The notes under the pieces are model-generated. The model was not told where the DNA came from. It saw only the letters and a program-made list of their open reading frames with translations, and did not search any database. From NCBI GenBank assembly GCA_036149055.1, contig JAYZQJ010000204.1, positions 1 through 64,000 on the forward strand: a stretch of 64,000 nt of DNA, in the 5' to 3' direction. The stretch comes from Myxococcota bacterium. GTDB lineage: Bacteria > Myxococcota_A > Polyangia > Polyangiales > Sandaracinaceae. Of the stretch, positions 63,725 through 64,000 are shown piece after piece. Each line of letters begins with the position of its first letter. The stretch's first letter is position 1. A program made the position numbers and the translations under genes.

Positions 63725-64000
63725 ATGAGCGCGGAGAAGTGGCGTCGCGACAGCCAGGTGGACGGCCCCGATGCGGCGGCGGAGGGCGCGGCCTTCGCGC
63801 CGCTGGCGCCCATCCCCGAGCGCGTGCCGCTGCCCGAGGGCTATCCGGCGCGGCTGCTCGAGGCGTTCGGAGCGGCGCACGCGCGGGCTGCGCGCCTTCA
63901 CGAGGCGATGCGCGCCCAGTGGGGGGCGCACTACTCATCGAGCGCGCCCGTCCCGGTCGACGAGGAGGGCGTGGGGATGCTGGTCGCGTGGCTCGAGAGC
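63725..64000 (+). CDS. Hypothetical protein, 5' part (runs off the window)
   Basis: ATG 63725 with TAGCCT upstream; open to the end of the window. Confidence 0.5.
   Translation, partial: MSAEKWRRDSQVDGPDAAAEGAAFAPLAPIPERVPLPEGYPARLLEAFGAAHARAARLHEAMRAQWGAHYSSSAPVPVDEEGVGMLVAWLES

Overview
Very GC-rich, densely coding bacterial chromosome segment. A MYXO-CTERM protein, an MglA-family GTPase, a DUF4388 protein and many Cys-rich lipoproteins suggest Myxococcota (Polyangia/Sandaracinus-like; inference). About 58 genes are supportable; no rRNA, tRNA, CRISPR array or complete mobile element was seen. Recognisable genes include rtcB (partial), a penicillin-acylase-family lipoprotein, a GH31, an M19-like amidohydrolase, a STAND-type cyclase, a Ser/Thr kinase, an Rpn nuclease, an MglA paralogue, a GspG-like pseudopilin, an orphan FtsZ, an ABC-F ATPase and glutathione reductase. 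Most notable: (1) a three-gene chemosensory-like module without CheW (7TM-DISM-fused CheA-like kinase, soluble MCP-like protein with a CheZ-type FQDxxxQ motif, CheY); (2) a tandem pair of thioester-less alpha-2-macroglobulin-like proteins that each carry an internal GspG-like motif; (3) orphan immunity-like genes beside an Rpn gene with a clear internal RpnS-type start; (4) a uORF/hairpin attenuator candidate before the ABC-F gene; (5) TANNNT boxes 6-8 nt before many start codons, suggesting leaderless mRNAs. All calls come from reading motifs by eye; no searches were run.
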